From positions 1 to 61,167 of the forward strand of contig JAITIY010000025.1 in assembly GCA_031279185.1 (NCBI GenBank): a stretch of 61,167 nt of DNA, given 5' to 3'. The position numbers and the translations under genes are program-made. The DNA is from Holosporales bacterium. GTDB lineage: Bacteria > Pseudomonadota > Alphaproteobacteria > BNTO01. The notes below the pieces were generated by a model, which saw only the letters and a list, made by a program, of their open reading frames with translations, was not told where the DNA came from and did not search any database. The first letter of the stretch is position 1. Every line of letters starts with the position of its first letter. Below, piece after piece: positions 21,381-31,504 of this stretch.

Positions 21381-22199
21381 TCAAGCAACGTCACTCACAC
21401 TAGCTTGTGCAAGCGCTATACATCTAACTTCAATAGCACCGGCATTTTTTAATGCCTTCTTGCACTCCAACAAAGTTGATTGAGACGCTACAACATCATC
21501 TATGATTGCGATCCGTCTACCTTTTACATATTTTTTCATTGAGCTTGGCACAATTATACTATTTTCTACATTTTTCTCCCGTTCTATAGCGTTTTTCCAT
21601 TTTTGCTTTGGCGTATAACGAATACGTTTTAATATATACAATCGTACGTCAGGACATTTCGGAAACCAATGTTTGAGGCTCAGGGCCAAAAGAGCTGCTT
21701 GATTATATGTACGTTGCCACAAACGAAACGGATGTGATGGAACAGGAACAATATAATCCAAATCATCAAAATCATGCTCATAAAAAAACTTTGCAAAAAC
21801 TAAAGCTAGACTAGGATCGTTTTTATTTTTCATGCGTAAAATAAATTTTTTTGAAAAGTCATCGTAAACTATTGAGGCTATTACTTGTCTCGGTATAAGT
21901 TCTATGCCGGAATCTATACAATCAGAGCAGTATTGAGTCGCAATTGTAGTAAAAGTATCTCTAGTGTTTTTTTGAACTATGGAACCACAACTTTGACAAG
22001 CATTTCTTCTTATGAATTTCACCGAAAACCAACAATTTGTGCATAACGAATAATATTCTTCTGTAGCGACGCCACAAAATGCACAAGCTGGCGGGAACAA
22101 AATTCTTTTTATTTTATCTAGGACAAGTGATGCCTGTGCTAGTAGCTTGATCAAAAGAATAAGTAAAGTAGTACCAAGAATATATTTATTATTACACAA
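21381..22199 (-). CDS. comF: ComF-family phosphoribosyltransferase-like protein
   Basis: N-terminal Cys pairs (FPPACAFCG..LCTNCW; CQSCG; CSDC). VPVPSHPFRLWQRTYNQAALLA. C-terminal PRT motif RIAIIDDVVASQSTL.E....L..AGA..V. Confidence 0.85.
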   Translation of the reverse strand: MCNNKYILGTTLLILLIKLLAQASLVLDKIKRILFPPACAFCGVATEEYYSLCTNCWFSVKFIRRNACQSCGSIVQKNTRDTFTTIATQYCSDCIDSGIELIPRQVIASIVYDDFSKKFILRMKNKNDPSLALVFAKFFYEHDFDDLDYIVPVPSHPFRLWQRTYNQAALLALSLKHWFPKCPDVRLYILKRIRYTPKQKWKNAIEREKNVENSIIVPSSMKKYVKGRRIAIIDDVVASQSTLLECKKALKNAGAIEVRCIALAQASVSDVA

Positions 22200-22310
22200 G
22201 TATTGACTGAACTCAATTTATTTTTTCAAATATATTGTTATAGACAAACGTACTAGCATTATTAACTTACATAGATAACGTGCCTAAAAGAAATTTATAA
22301 GTAATGTGGC

Positions 22311-22385
22311 TGGCTGGGACACTAGGATTCGAACCTAGGAATAACGGTACCAAAAACCGTTGCCTTACCGCTTGGCCATGTCCCA
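22311..22385 (-). tRNA. tRNA-Gln (anticodon TTG), CCA encoded
   Basis: The reverse complement is TGGGACATGGCCAAGCGGTAAGGCAACGGTTTTTGGTACCGTTATTCCTAGGTTCGAATCCTAGTGTCCCAGCCA. It has a U1-A72 acceptor like E. coli tRNA-Gln, an ACGGT/ACCGT anticodon stem with loop TTTTGGT, and a CTAGG/CCTAG T stem. Confidence 0.93.
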
Positions 22386-22438
22386 CTAAGAGAATACTAT
22401 CAATGTTACGACTGCTTTTTAAATTTTGCAATATGCCG

Positions 22439-23533
22439 CTAAATCCAACTTAAGAACGTCCCTTTTTCTGTGTTTTTAAGATAAACAGCAACATCAATCA
22501 TCCGATTAGCAAAACCCCATTCATTATCGTACCAAGCGAACACACGGCATAATCTGCCGTCAACAACTTTCGTTTGTAGTAAATCTACAGTTGCGCTATT
22601 GGTGTTGTGATTAAAATCAACAGATACCAAAGGTTCATTGCACACATCCAAAATACCAATTAGTTCATTTTTTGATGCAGATTCTAGCGCTTCGTTTAAC
22701 TCTTTAGCATTTGTAGACTTTGACGCAATAAACGTCAAATCTATTGCAGATACATTAGGTGACGGCACTCTAATAGCTACGCCATCCAAGCGCCCTGCTA
22801 ATTCAGGCAAAACAGAACCAACTGCCTTAGCAGCACCAGTTGACGTAGGAATCATGGAAACTGCTGCTGATCGTGCACGACGAAAATCTTTATGAACTGT
22901 ATCAAGTAAACGCTGATCCCCTGTGTATGAATGTATCGTCGTCATGTGCCCACATTCAAGCCCGACCGTGTTATTAAGCACGTTCGCCACAGGAGCAAGA
23001 CAGTTTGTTGTGCATGACGCGTTCGAGATAATTATATGCGAAGGCATTATCGATTTGTGGTTAACACCGTAAACAACAGTAATATCAGCATTTTCACCAG
23101 GAGCAGAAATTAAGACTTTCTTCGCACCGCCAGCTAAATGCTTGCTAGCTTGTTCTCTAGATGTGAACCTTCCGGAACATTCAAAGACAATATCGATATC
23201 TAAATCGCTCCATGGAATGTTTTCTGGACACGGTTCTTGTAATAGTATAATCCTGCCATCGCCAATATCCATTGTGCCCTTGCACGATTGATGTAGCTCG
23301 TTAGCATTCTCTGTTTCTAGCTCTACAGAATGCAAAAACGTTCCATGCACGGAATCGTATTTGAACAAATGAACATTTGCTTCAACAGGTGCTAAATCAT
23401 TTATAGCTACTACCTGTATTGCACCTTGTATGTCTGGCAAATTTTTGAATTTCTGAATACTTCTCTCGTAAAGCGCTCGCAACACCATACGACCGATACG
23501 TCCGAATCCATTAATTGCTATTTTTAATGCCAT
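22439..23533 (-). CDS. gap: Glyceraldehyde-3-phosphate dehydrogenase (364 aa, with a few short insertions relative to ~335-aa enzymes)
   Basis: MALKIAINGFGRIGRMVLRA; catalytic SNASCTTNCLAP; WYDNEWGFANRM.D. Confidence 0.96.
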   Translation of the reverse strand: MALKIAINGFGRIGRMVLRALYERSIQKFKNLPDIQGAIQVVAINDLAPVEANVHLFKYDSVHGTFLHSVELETENANELHQSCKGTMDIGDGRIILLQEPCPENIPWSDLDIDIVFECSGRFTSREQASKHLAGGAKKVLISAPGENADITVVYGVNHKSIMPSHIIISNASCTTNCLAPVANVLNNTVGLECGHMTTIHSYTGDQRLLDTVHKDFRRARSAAVSMIPTSTGAAKAVGSVLPELAGRLDGVAIRVPSPNVSAIDLTFIASKSTNAKELNEALESASKNELIGILDVCNEPLVSVDFNHNTNSATVDLLQTKVVDGRLCRVFAWYDNEWGFANRMIDVAVYLKNTEKGTFLSWI

Positions 23534-23549
23534 TATTCTTCACCATAAA

Positions 23550-23858
23550 TCACATACGACGATCAAACGACTGAACGCTTATCACAAAAGCTAAATCAGC
23601 CTTGACTTGAGCATCATATAAACAATTTTCATCTAAAACAAGATCGAATTTAGCTCCATAAGGAATTCTAGCCTCAAGTAATTTAAATAAAGACTCAGCA
23701 GATATTTTACTCCCTTTGTATGCTATCCAAGCCCATTCATCTTGTTGTGGCAAATTCGCTGGTCTAATTTTTTGAATAATCTTTATCCACCTAGCGCACA
23801 CTCTAGCGTGCATGCCAAGAGGATGTGTTACTGTAAAGTGATCTACTGTTGTTGCCAT
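23550..23858 (-). CDS. HPr-family phosphocarrier protein (Npr-like)
   Basis: 102 aa with the active-site context THPLGMHARV (compare GLHARP/A) and a Ser in ..ISAESLFKLL.. at the Ser46-equivalent region. Directly downstream of EIIA(Man), as in alphaproteobacteria. Confidence 0.8.
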   Translation of the reverse strand: MATTVDHFTVTHPLGMHARVCARWIKIIQKIRPANLPQQDEWAWIAYKGSKISAESLFKLLEARIPYGAKFDLVLDENCLYDAQVKADLAFVISVQSFDRRM

Positions 23859-23876
23859 GTCCTTCGTTGTTGATAT

Positions 23877-24287
23877 TTAACTCGCAATTAAATGTGACGC
23901 TATCGATATTTGCTTTTTCCCGGATTTTTCTGCCAAAATGCACGCATCATTCAAATCGATATTTGGATAGCTATCTCTGACTGTTAGTAGCTTTAGTACA
24001 ATAGGTAAATTTACACCAGCGATTATTTCAATTCTACGCACGCCTAAGATCGATAATGATAAATTACACGGTGTACCACCAAATAAATCTGTTAATAGCA
24101 CTACACCCTGACCCTCATCTATCTTATCTATTTCTTCGACCAATTTGTTTCTCATTTGTTCGATAAGTTCCGTTTCACCAGATAAAGGCAACGCAACAAT
24201 ATTTTTCTTGCGCCCTAAAATTATTTCCGCGCTTTCTATTAGACCCTGTCCTAATTTCCCATGGGAAACAATAATTATTCCAATCAT
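23877..24287 (-). CDS. PTS EIIA component, mannose/fructose family (regulatory ManX-like)
   Basis: MIGIIIVSHGKLGQGLIESAEIILG....IVALPL.......; GVVLLTDLFGGTPCN is the classic EIIA-Man N-terminus with the His in VSHG. Confidence 0.88.
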   Translation of the reverse strand: MIGIIIVSHGKLGQGLIESAEIILGRKKNIVALPLSGETELIEQMRNKLVEEIDKIDEGQGVVLLTDLFGGTPCNLSLSILGVRRIEIIAGVNLPIVLKLLTVRDSYPNIDLNDACILAEKSGKKQISIASHLIAS

Positions 24288-24318
24288 CTAGTATTGTGTA
24301 TGTATCTCGATACAAAGG

Positions 24319-24348
24319 AGTATACACTACTATATTCTCAATTGTCAA
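24319..24348 (-). promoter_or_regulatory. Strong sigma70-like promoter candidate for the EIIA-HPr-gap operon (TTGACA-18 nt-TATACT on the minus strand)
   Basis: RC of 24343-24348 is TTGACA and RC of 24319-24324 is TATACT. The -10 lies 32 nt upstream of the EIIA start at 24287. Confidence 0.5.
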
Positions 24349-24521
24349 TATTTTGTATAAGTTGATAAGTTCATAACATATGAGACTGTTTCCCAGTCCC
24401 AAAACTGTTTCAATATACGCCACAGGAGTCATCCCTTTCAATCCAAAATGTGGACGGCAGTTATTAGACTTCTTTTTTATTTTTTAGGCGAAGTTAGCGA
24501 TAAAGATACGATTTTTAGCCA

Positions 24522-25835
24522 TTATCGAAATTTAATAAATTTAAGTAGTTTCAATATTCCAATAATATTGAATACGATGAGCATACCTGCGGAAATACTC
24601 ATGACCAATAGTGCCTTTTCTTGGTCAAAAAACGAAAAAAACACAAAAGCAAAAATGGCATACGAAAGGTAAAGTACCTTACCGCGTATACCATTTAAAA
24701 AGAAAGCTGATTTTATTCCAACTGATAAGTAAGCAACTATTGTTGTAAATCCAGCTAAAAAAATAAAAACAGCCATAAACAAATCTGCGTTTTTGAAATA
24801 CATGGCCAAAGCCCTTGCTATATACTGGTCCGGAGGTACTTTTATTGTCCAAACATTTGTGATAAGTACGACAAATATGCTTAATGTACAAACAATGGCG
24901 TCCGTTAAAAGTGAAAAAATACCAAGTCTAGCTTGTTGTTGCGGTAAGATCGCACGTGTTTCTGCTTGAATGATGGAATCGTATCCAATACCAATATCTC
25001 CGGAATAAACTGAACGAGATATGCCTTGTTGCGCTGCTAATATAGCTGTACTTCCCGCAAAGCCACCAACTGCGGCATGTCCAGAAAATGCTGAATGAAA
25101 AACCGTTTTCAAAACGAAAGGAATTTCTGATGCATTGTAAATAATTATGTATAAACACATACCAACGTACGAAATAATAAATAGTGGCATAACAAAACTG
25201 CACATTTGGCTAAGCCTACGAATCCCGCCAAGAACAGTAAATAATACAAGACCTAAAAGACAAGTTATTGTGACAATTTGATTGATATGAAATGTAGTTG
25301 AGATGACGTCAGCAACAACATCAAATTGAAACACCTCCACCCCATATATGCACAATAACACGCTTGCCATAAACGAAACAGATTTACAATTAAAAGCTTT
25401 TTTAAGATAAAACATCGGACCACCGTCATATCCACCTTGCTCATTCGGCACACGGTACCTAATTCCAAGGTATATTTCCGAGTATTTTACTAACATGCTT
25501 GGAAAACATGCTACCCAAAGCCAAAAAAGTGCACCAGGGCCACCAATAGTTACTGCTGTAATAATTCCAACAATATTACCAAGACCAACCATTCCGCTAA
25601 CAGAAGCAAAATATAAGCGAATAGGATGTATTCCACGAGATGAACACTTAGACGGTCCACGTAGTAGATCTTGTATACAAATTTTGAAGTTTAAAAGAAC
25701 TTTAAATTGAAATCCACGTGTTTTAATTGTTAAAAAAAAACCGCTTGTGAAAAGAATAATAAAACCAATATATGTCCAAAAAAATTGATCAATTTTGGCT
25801 AAACATTCAAAAAATGAATTTAATAACGTATGCAT
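24522..25835 (-). CDS. Alanine/glycine:cation symporter (AGCS family)
   Basis: 437-aa polytopic protein. ..S.FQA...S..A.VG.GNI.G...A...GGPGALFWLWV.. is the AGCS signature. Confidence 0.88.
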   Translation of the reverse strand: MHTLLNSFFECLAKIDQFFWTYIGFIILFTSGFFLTIKTRGFQFKVLLNFKICIQDLLRGPSKCSSRGIHPIRLYFASVSGMVGLGNIVGIITAVTIGGPGALFWLWVACFPSMLVKYSEIYLGIRYRVPNEQGGYDGGPMFYLKKAFNCKSVSFMASVLLCIYGVEVFQFDVVADVISTTFHINQIVTITCLLGLVLFTVLGGIRRLSQMCSFVMPLFIISYVGMCLYIIIYNASEIPFVLKTVFHSAFSGHAAVGGFAGSTAILAAQQGISRSVYSGDIGIGYDSIIQAETRAILPQQQARLGIFSLLTDAIVCTLSIFVVLITNVWTIKVPPDQYIARALAMYFKNADLFMAVFIFLAGFTTIVAYLSVGIKSAFFLNGIRGKVLYLSYAIFAFVFFSFFDQEKALLVMSISAGMLIVFNIIGILKLLKFIKFR

Positions 25836-26122
25836 AAAATTCTTTCACGTAAAAAAATTATTTCAACAGAGCGTTTACGCACAGTACAAAATATGTCCTG
25901 TGAAAAAATACTAGAACAGTAGGCTCGTAACAAATCTGCGTCCATTTATATTTTACTATACGTAATTGCTCTTTCTCAATTCTACATTTGAGTGATTAAT
26001 TTTTTATTAACAGATTCGTTACTGCTTGGATGTATAACTCACTTGTTACTTTACATATTTTATTGCAAATATGTTAATTCATCGAATTTTATTGTACTCT
26101 CTAACCATGAGTCGCAGTTATA

Positions 26123-27022
26123 ATGCAGTTTTTTATGAATAAAAATTTGAAAAAAGAAAAATCAATCAAACAAAATGGTTTGCTAGGATATGTGTGGGCA
26201 ATATTGTTGATATTGGTTATACAAACTTTTTTATATCAGCCGTTTACGATTCCATCTGGATCAATGGTGCCAACGTTATTAGTTGGTGATTTTATCATGG
26301 TCAATAAATTTGCATACGGATATTCAAGATATTCTATGTTTTTACAACCTAAATTTATAAAAGGACGTTTTAAAACTGGAGAACCTAAACAGGGAGATGT
26401 TGTTGTTTTTTTTCACGATTACAAATTGGAGAATGAAGCTAAATTTTATGATAGAGGTATGTTTGGAGGATTTTTCCAGCGTTTATGGAGGAACATACGA
26501 TGCGCCATTGGCTGTCCATCTGAAGGTGTAAGTTACGTAAAACGAGTAATTGGTTTACCTGGAGATCATATACAAATGCGAAATGGTCAACTGTTCATCA
26601 ACAACGTACCAACACAACTTACACGCAAAGGAGATTATCCGCTTTTTGATGATGGTATGCCTCCTATTGCTAAACTTTATGAAGAAACATTACCAAATGG
26701 TGTAAAACATTATATTTTAAAAGCTTTTGATTTTGGAAAGGCGTCCCTTGATAACACTGAAGAATTTGTTGTTCCAGAAAAATCGTATTTTTGTATGGGG
26801 GATAATCGTGATAATTCATGTGATAGTCGTGACATTAAACAAGTCGGGTTCATCGATGAAAACAAGCTTATTGGTGGACCAACATTTCTCTTTTTCTCAA
26901 CTAACGCAAAGCTGTGGCAGGTTCACAAGTGGTTATTTTCGATAAGATGGAAAAGATTATTTCACGCGTACTGGACGAAGTTACTGCATCCATTTCGTGC
27001 AAATTTAACGGAAGTGTGTTAG
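26123..27022 (+). CDS. lepB: Signal peptidase I
   Basis: IPSGSMVPTLLVGDFIMVNKFAYG (catalytic Ser box), YVKRVIGLPGD, GDNRDNSCDSR. Confidence 0.95.
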   Translation: MQFFMNKNLKKEKSIKQNGLLGYVWAILLILVIQTFLYQPFTIPSGSMVPTLLVGDFIMVNKFAYGYSRYSMFLQPKFIKGRFKTGEPKQGDVVVFFHDYKLENEAKFYDRGMFGGFFQRLWRNIRCAIGCPSEGVSYVKRVIGLPGDHIQMRNGQLFINNVPTQLTRKGDYPLFDDGMPPIAKLYEETLPNGVKHYILKAFDFGKASLDNTEEFVVPEKSYFCMGDNRDNSCDSRDIKQVGFIDENKLIGGPTFLFFSTNAKLWQVHKWLFSIRWKRLFHAYWTKLLHPFRANLTEVC

Positions 27023-27049
27023 CTCACTCTCAAAAAAAATTTATACAAA

Positions 27050-27736
27050 ATGGATTTAGTAAAAATTCAAGAGAATATTGGATATAAATTTCGCAACAAG
27101 TCCCTTTTAATTATGGCATTGTGTCATTCGAGTGTCGCGAAAAAGGATCGATCAACTGGCTTTTATGAAAGAGGGTTCGATCGGTTAGAGTTTCTTGGTG
27201 ATCGAGTATTGAATATGTCGATCGCAGAATTGCTATACACAGCTTTTCCAACAGAAGATGAAGGATCGTTATCAAAGAGGTACATCGCGCTTGTTTGCTT
27301 TGAAACCTGCGCTCGTGTGGCTATAAATATTAATTTAGAAGAATTTTTGGAAGTTGCGAAAGGTACTTCATTGGAAGAATTGCGTATACTGTGCGACGCT
27401 CTAGAAGCATTACTTGGCGCTATGTATTTGGATAATGGGTTGCACGTTTGTCAAGAATTCGTAAAAAATAATTGGTCGCAATTTCTGTTTCAACCAATAG
27501 CTCCTCCACAAGATCCAAAGTCAAAATTACAAGAATTGGTGCAATCAAAAGGCTATGCACTTCCTGAATATACTGTGTTGAAAAAAGATGGGCAGGATCA
27601 TTCTCCAAGTTATACCGTGGCTGTTCGCGTAAAAGGCCAACCAAATATTATTGGTATTGGGCAGTCTAAGAAGGCGGCGGAAAAAAATGCCGCGACAAAA
27701 ATGCTGCATATTCTAGACTCATCAAATACAGTCTAG
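27050..27736 (+). CDS. rnc: Ribonuclease III
   Basis: ..ALCHSS......ERLEFLGDRVLN.SIAE.LY (RNase III signature) plus a C-terminal dsRBD (DPKS.LQE..Q..G...PEY.V....G.DHSP.Y.V.V...G......G.G.SKK.AE..AA..L). Confidence 0.96.
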   Translation: MDLVKIQENIGYKFRNKSLLIMALCHSSVAKKDRSTGFYERGFDRLEFLGDRVLNMSIAELLYTAFPTEDEGSLSKRYIALVCFETCARVAININLEEFLEVAKGTSLEELRILCDALEALLGAMYLDNGLHVCQEFVKNNWSQFLFQPIAPPQDPKSKLQELVQSKGYALPEYTVLKKDGQDHSPSYTVAVRVKGQPNIIGIGQSKKAAEKNAATKMLHILDSSNTV

Positions 27737-28365
27737 TTTTTGTTATCAGTTGATCGCGTCCTTTTATTTTTAATGTGTTTTTTTATACTGACAAAACAAA
27801 CAATAGCAATAAATAACAAAATAGCGGCTCCAATAATATATTGAATTTGGTGCATATTCTTACTATTTATTATTCCAGTTTCACTATCAAATAAGAAATC
27901 TCCTAAGCAATATCCAACTCCGCAGCTGATTATTGACCAAATTAGTGCGGCAATAAAGTTTAATGGAATAAACCTCCGAGGAGCACTGCCGCACAACCCA
28001 ATCACAATAGGACTAATAGATCGAATCCCGTAGATAAACCGGAACATTAGAATAAATAATATGTCGTGTTTTTGAAAAAGCTCTGTTGCTCGTGTTAATT
28101 TATTCCGCAACATTGGAAATCTCTCTCTAAATGAACGTCGTGGCTTTTTGCGAATAAAAAGACCAAAATAAAACAAAGTTTGATCAACAAATAGCGTACT
28201 TAAGAACGCAATTGTCCAAATTTTTGTTATAGATAAATACCCAGTCGCTGCAATTGCACTTGCACTAAGAATTATCGTTTCGCCTTCGATCATTGCTCCA
28301 AAGAAAACAACCCAGTATGCCACATGTGGTGACTTCTGTAGGAAGCATAAAAAAGTGTCTATCAC
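27733..28365 (-). CDS. dedA: DedA-family membrane protein
   Basis: 210 aa, 4-5 TM, ..FFGAMIEGETIIL.A...A..G.L......; R.F.FIYG.R...P...G DedA/SNARE-associated pattern. Confidence 0.8.
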   Translation of the reverse strand: MIDTFLCFLQKSPHVAYWVVFFGAMIEGETIILSASAIAATGYLSITKIWTIAFLSTLFVDQTLFYFGLFIRKKPRRSFRERFPMLRNKLTRATELFQKHDILFILMFRFIYGIRSISPIVIGLCGSAPRRFIPLNFIAALIWSIISCGVGYCLGDFLFDSETGIINSKNMHQIQYIIGAAILLFIAIVCFVSIKKHIKNKRTRSTDNKN

Positions 28366-28561
28366 AAACGCTTCGTCTAAAACGCCAACGTTTGCATTCT
28401 AACAAAAAATGTACAATGTTTACAGCATTTCTCAAACACACCACATGTCACAAATATTCCAGTAGTTCATACACAAAAAGTCTTTTTTGTAACGCTGTAG
28501 ATAACTGTAAAAAGCTTTGAAATTTCGTGCATTTGAGTATGGCTATAGTTTTACACAAACG

Positions 28562-31156
28562 TTATGTCATTACGCCACGAATCTCTAACATCTTTGCTAA
28601 ATCTTGTTGTTTTTGTTCTCTAAACTTGTAATCAACGTTCCATTTATCTGGTTTAGCATTTTTATACTGCAAATTATCTATCTTCAATGTTAAGCGTTGA
28701 ATATCCTTTGATAATGTGGATATTTTTTTATCAAAAATAGCAACAGAAATCTTCTCAGAGTATTTTAAACAAAACTCTTTACCACGAACAATAAAACGAA
28801 TTCCGTCTCTAGAAAATTTATTTACAAATTGAAGAGAATTAAGACGTGCAATTTGTTTAATCCAATGTTCATTTGCTTGAATAAACCCATTATACTCGTC
28901 TCCTATTACAAGCAAATCAGACTTTTGTGTAATACCAATTAACCCGTATAAAGAACGAATTTCAGCCGCCACATCAATCCAAAAATTCGTCAAATCAGGT
29001 GATTCATCAATACTCCCACTATATTCCCAAGGTTCAACAAGTAACATAGTTTTGTCAGAGTACATCTCTTCCCAAAGGTATTCCGTTATAAAAGGCGTAA
29101 TAGAATGTGCCACTTTCAAAAATTCTGCAAAAACAGATATCGCAGTATTTTTCGTTTCAACATCGTCACATGTTTTTATTGCTTCAATATAAACATCACA
29201 AAATATGTCTCTTAAAAATTTTTGAATCGATTGCGCAAAAAGGTCCAAACGATAATTTTCTAAATGTGCGAACGCTTGCTTTTTGAAGCAAACCATTTGT
29301 CTAATAATCCATTTGTTTAACGCATTTACGATGTTTGGACTATACATACTAAACGTTACGTCATATGCGCATTCTTTGATTGTTAAAAACTTCGCAGCAT
29401 TCCAAATTTTCGTGATAAAATTCCTGCCACACTCAACTAATGATTCTCCGATACGTATATCACGCCCTGGTATGGCTTGAAGCGTTAACGTAAATCTCAG
29501 TGCATCAGTACCATATTTATCCATTAGATAAAGTGGATCTATTACATTTCCTTTTGATTTTGACATTTTTTGACCGTTTTCGTCGCGAACTAACGGATTA
29601 ATGTAAACTACACTAAACGGAACATCTCCAGTAAAGTAAAGGGAAAACATAATCATTCGTGAAACCCAGAAAAATATTATGTCAAATCCGGTTACGAGCA
29701 CGTCAGTGGGGTAATATTTTTTCAGATCCTCCGAGTCCTTGGGCCATCCCAACGTTACAAAAGGCCATAATGCAGAAGAGAACCAAGTATCTAAAACATC
29801 TTGCTCTTGCGTAAGTTTTGGAACAAACTCTCTCGCTACATCAAAATAGCTTGCAGCTTGCTGTATTGCTTCTTCTTCTGTTAATGCACAAAACATTTTG
29901 CCATTCGGTGCATACCAAACTGGAATTTGGTGACCCCACCAAATTTGTCTAGATAAACACCACGGTTGGATATTTCGTAACCATTCAAAATATGTGTGCA
30001 CCCATTGATCTGGGACAAATTTAACTTTCCCATCTTCTACAGCACGAATAGCTGCATCTGCTAGTTTAGTTGTTTCAAGAAACCACTGATTTGTAACCAT
30101 TGGTTCGATTACTGCTCCAGACCGGTCATTGTACGGTACGGAGTGAACAATGTCTTCTGTTTTTTCTAAAAGTCCACTGTGCGCTAATGCAGCAAGTACT
30201 TTTTCTCTAGCGGCCGCAACAGGCAAATGACGAAAATCCTCGGGTACTTCGTTATTTAAGCAAGCAGATTCATCCATTATGCTTAGTATTGGCAAATTGT
30301 GGCGTTTCCCTACGTCAAAATCGAAAAAATCATGTCCTGGTGTTACCTTAAATATCCCAGAACCTTTTTGTGGGTCAGCATGTTCATCAGCGATAATATG
30401 GATACGTCTATTTGTTAATGGAATTTTTACTTCTTTGTCAACAAGATGCATATAACGTTCATCATTTGGGTGTACCGCTAGAGCTTGGTCTCCAAATATA
30501 GTTTCCGGTCGAGTTGTTGCTATTACTATAAATTCATCTTGCTGCAATTGGTAACGGATATACCACATTTTCCCTGGTTCAATTTTATTAGACACTTCCA
30601 AATCTGATACAGCTGTCTTTAAAATAGGGTCCCAATTTACAATTCTTTTTGCTTTGTAAATTAGACCGTCATTGTATAGCATAGTGAAAGCTTTGAGTAC
30701 TGCCTTGGATGCATCTTGATCCATAGTGAAGCGCAAGCGGTCCAAATCAATACTCATGCCAAGTTTAACAAGTTGGTGGACAATCATATCTCCTGATTGT
30801 TCTTTCCAACTCCAAACTTTTTTTATAAAGTCTTCTCTACCTAATGATTGCAAGGATATTCCCTTTTCATAAAGTTGATTAGCAACAACGATTTGTGCTG
30901 CTATTCCTGCGTGGTCTATACCAGGTTGGCCTAGAGTAACATAACCGTGCTGACGTTTGACTCTTAGTAAAATGTCTTGAATTACAGAAGTAAACGCGTG
31001 GCCTAAATGCAAAGAACCTGTAATATTAGGTGGTGGAAGTGTTATTGTGAACGTTTTGTTCGTAACGTTTTCTCGTATTGTTTGTGCAATAATGATTCTA
31101 GCTTTTTCTATAATTTTTGGTTCAATTTGTGCATAATCAAACAATTTCCCTAGCAT
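28562..31156 (-). CDS. valS: Valine--tRNA ligase
   Basis: 864 aa with PPPNITGSLHLGHA (HIGH), KMSKSKGNVIDP (KMSKS), and the class Ia editing-domain pattern TTRPETIFGD.A.AVHP.D.RY. Confidence 0.97.
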   Translation of the reverse strand: MLGKLFDYAQIEPKIIEKARIIIAQTIRENVTNKTFTITLPPPNITGSLHLGHAFTSVIQDILLRVKRQHGYVTLGQPGIDHAGIAAQIVVANQLYEKGISLQSLGREDFIKKVWSWKEQSGDMIVHQLVKLGMSIDLDRLRFTMDQDASKAVLKAFTMLYNDGLIYKAKRIVNWDPILKTAVSDLEVSNKIEPGKMWYIRYQLQQDEFIVIATTRPETIFGDQALAVHPNDERYMHLVDKEVKIPLTNRRIHIIADEHADPQKGSGIFKVTPGHDFFDFDVGKRHNLPILSIMDESACLNNEVPEDFRHLPVAAAREKVLAALAHSGLLEKTEDIVHSVPYNDRSGAVIEPMVTNQWFLETTKLADAAIRAVEDGKVKFVPDQWVHTYFEWLRNIQPWCLSRQIWWGHQIPVWYAPNGKMFCALTEEEAIQQAASYFDVAREFVPKLTQEQDVLDTWFSSALWPFVTLGWPKDSEDLKKYYPTDVLVTGFDIIFFWVSRMIMFSLYFTGDVPFSVVYINPLVRDENGQKMSKSKGNVIDPLYLMDKYGTDALRFTLTLQAIPGRDIRIGESLVECGRNFITKIWNAAKFLTIKECAYDVTFSMYSPNIVNALNKWIIRQMVCFKKQAFAHLENYRLDLFAQSIQKFLRDIFCDVYIEAIKTCDDVETKNTAISVFAEFLKVAHSITPFITEYLWEEMYSDKTMLLVEPWEYSGSIDESPDLTNFWIDVAAEIRSLYGLIGITQKSDLLVIGDEYNGFIQANEHWIKQIARLNSLQFVNKFSRDGIRFIVRGKEFCLKYSEKISVAIFDKKISTLSKDIQRLTLKIDNLQYKNAKPDKWNVDYKFREQKQQDLAKMLEIRGVMT

Positions 31157-31195
31157 ACTACATCCTCCATTTTTTATTGATGTGTTCGCAAAAAA

Positions 31196-31504
31196 TCAAC
31201 GAAAGTACTTTGCTATAGTCATATCTACAACTCCTAACAAGAATTGAAGTCCTAACATGAGGATCAATGGTGATATATCAAAAATTCCAAATGTTGGAAT
31301 GATTCTTCGAATAGGACTAAGAACAGGATCGACAAAGTGCAAAAGCACACTTTGAATGCTGCATACTATATGACTATTACGATTTAGTGAATTAAAAGAC
31401 AAAAGTAAATGGAAAATGATATAAAAGAAAAGCAAAAACTTATACATTCTAATGCATATATCAATGATTTGAAACAACGGAACAACGATTATGTCTAATG
31501 GCAT
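31196..31504 (-). CDS. yggT: YggT-family membrane protein
   Basis: 102 aa. ..L..DPVL.PIRRIIP.FG.FDISPLILML.LQFL matches the YGGT repeat. Confidence 0.8.
   Translation of the reverse strand: MPLDIIVVPLFQIIDICIRMYKFLLFFYIIFHLLLSFNSLNRNSHIVCSIQSVLLHFVDPVLSPIRRIIPTFGIFDISPLILMLGLQFLLGVVDMTIAKYFR

Noticed and set aside
24175-24672. ORFs 24175-24441 (-) and 24448-24672 (+) around the EIIA promoter and AGCS 3' end
   Set aside because: They overlap the EIIA 5' end, the promoter and the AGCS coding region, and their translations are not protein-like.
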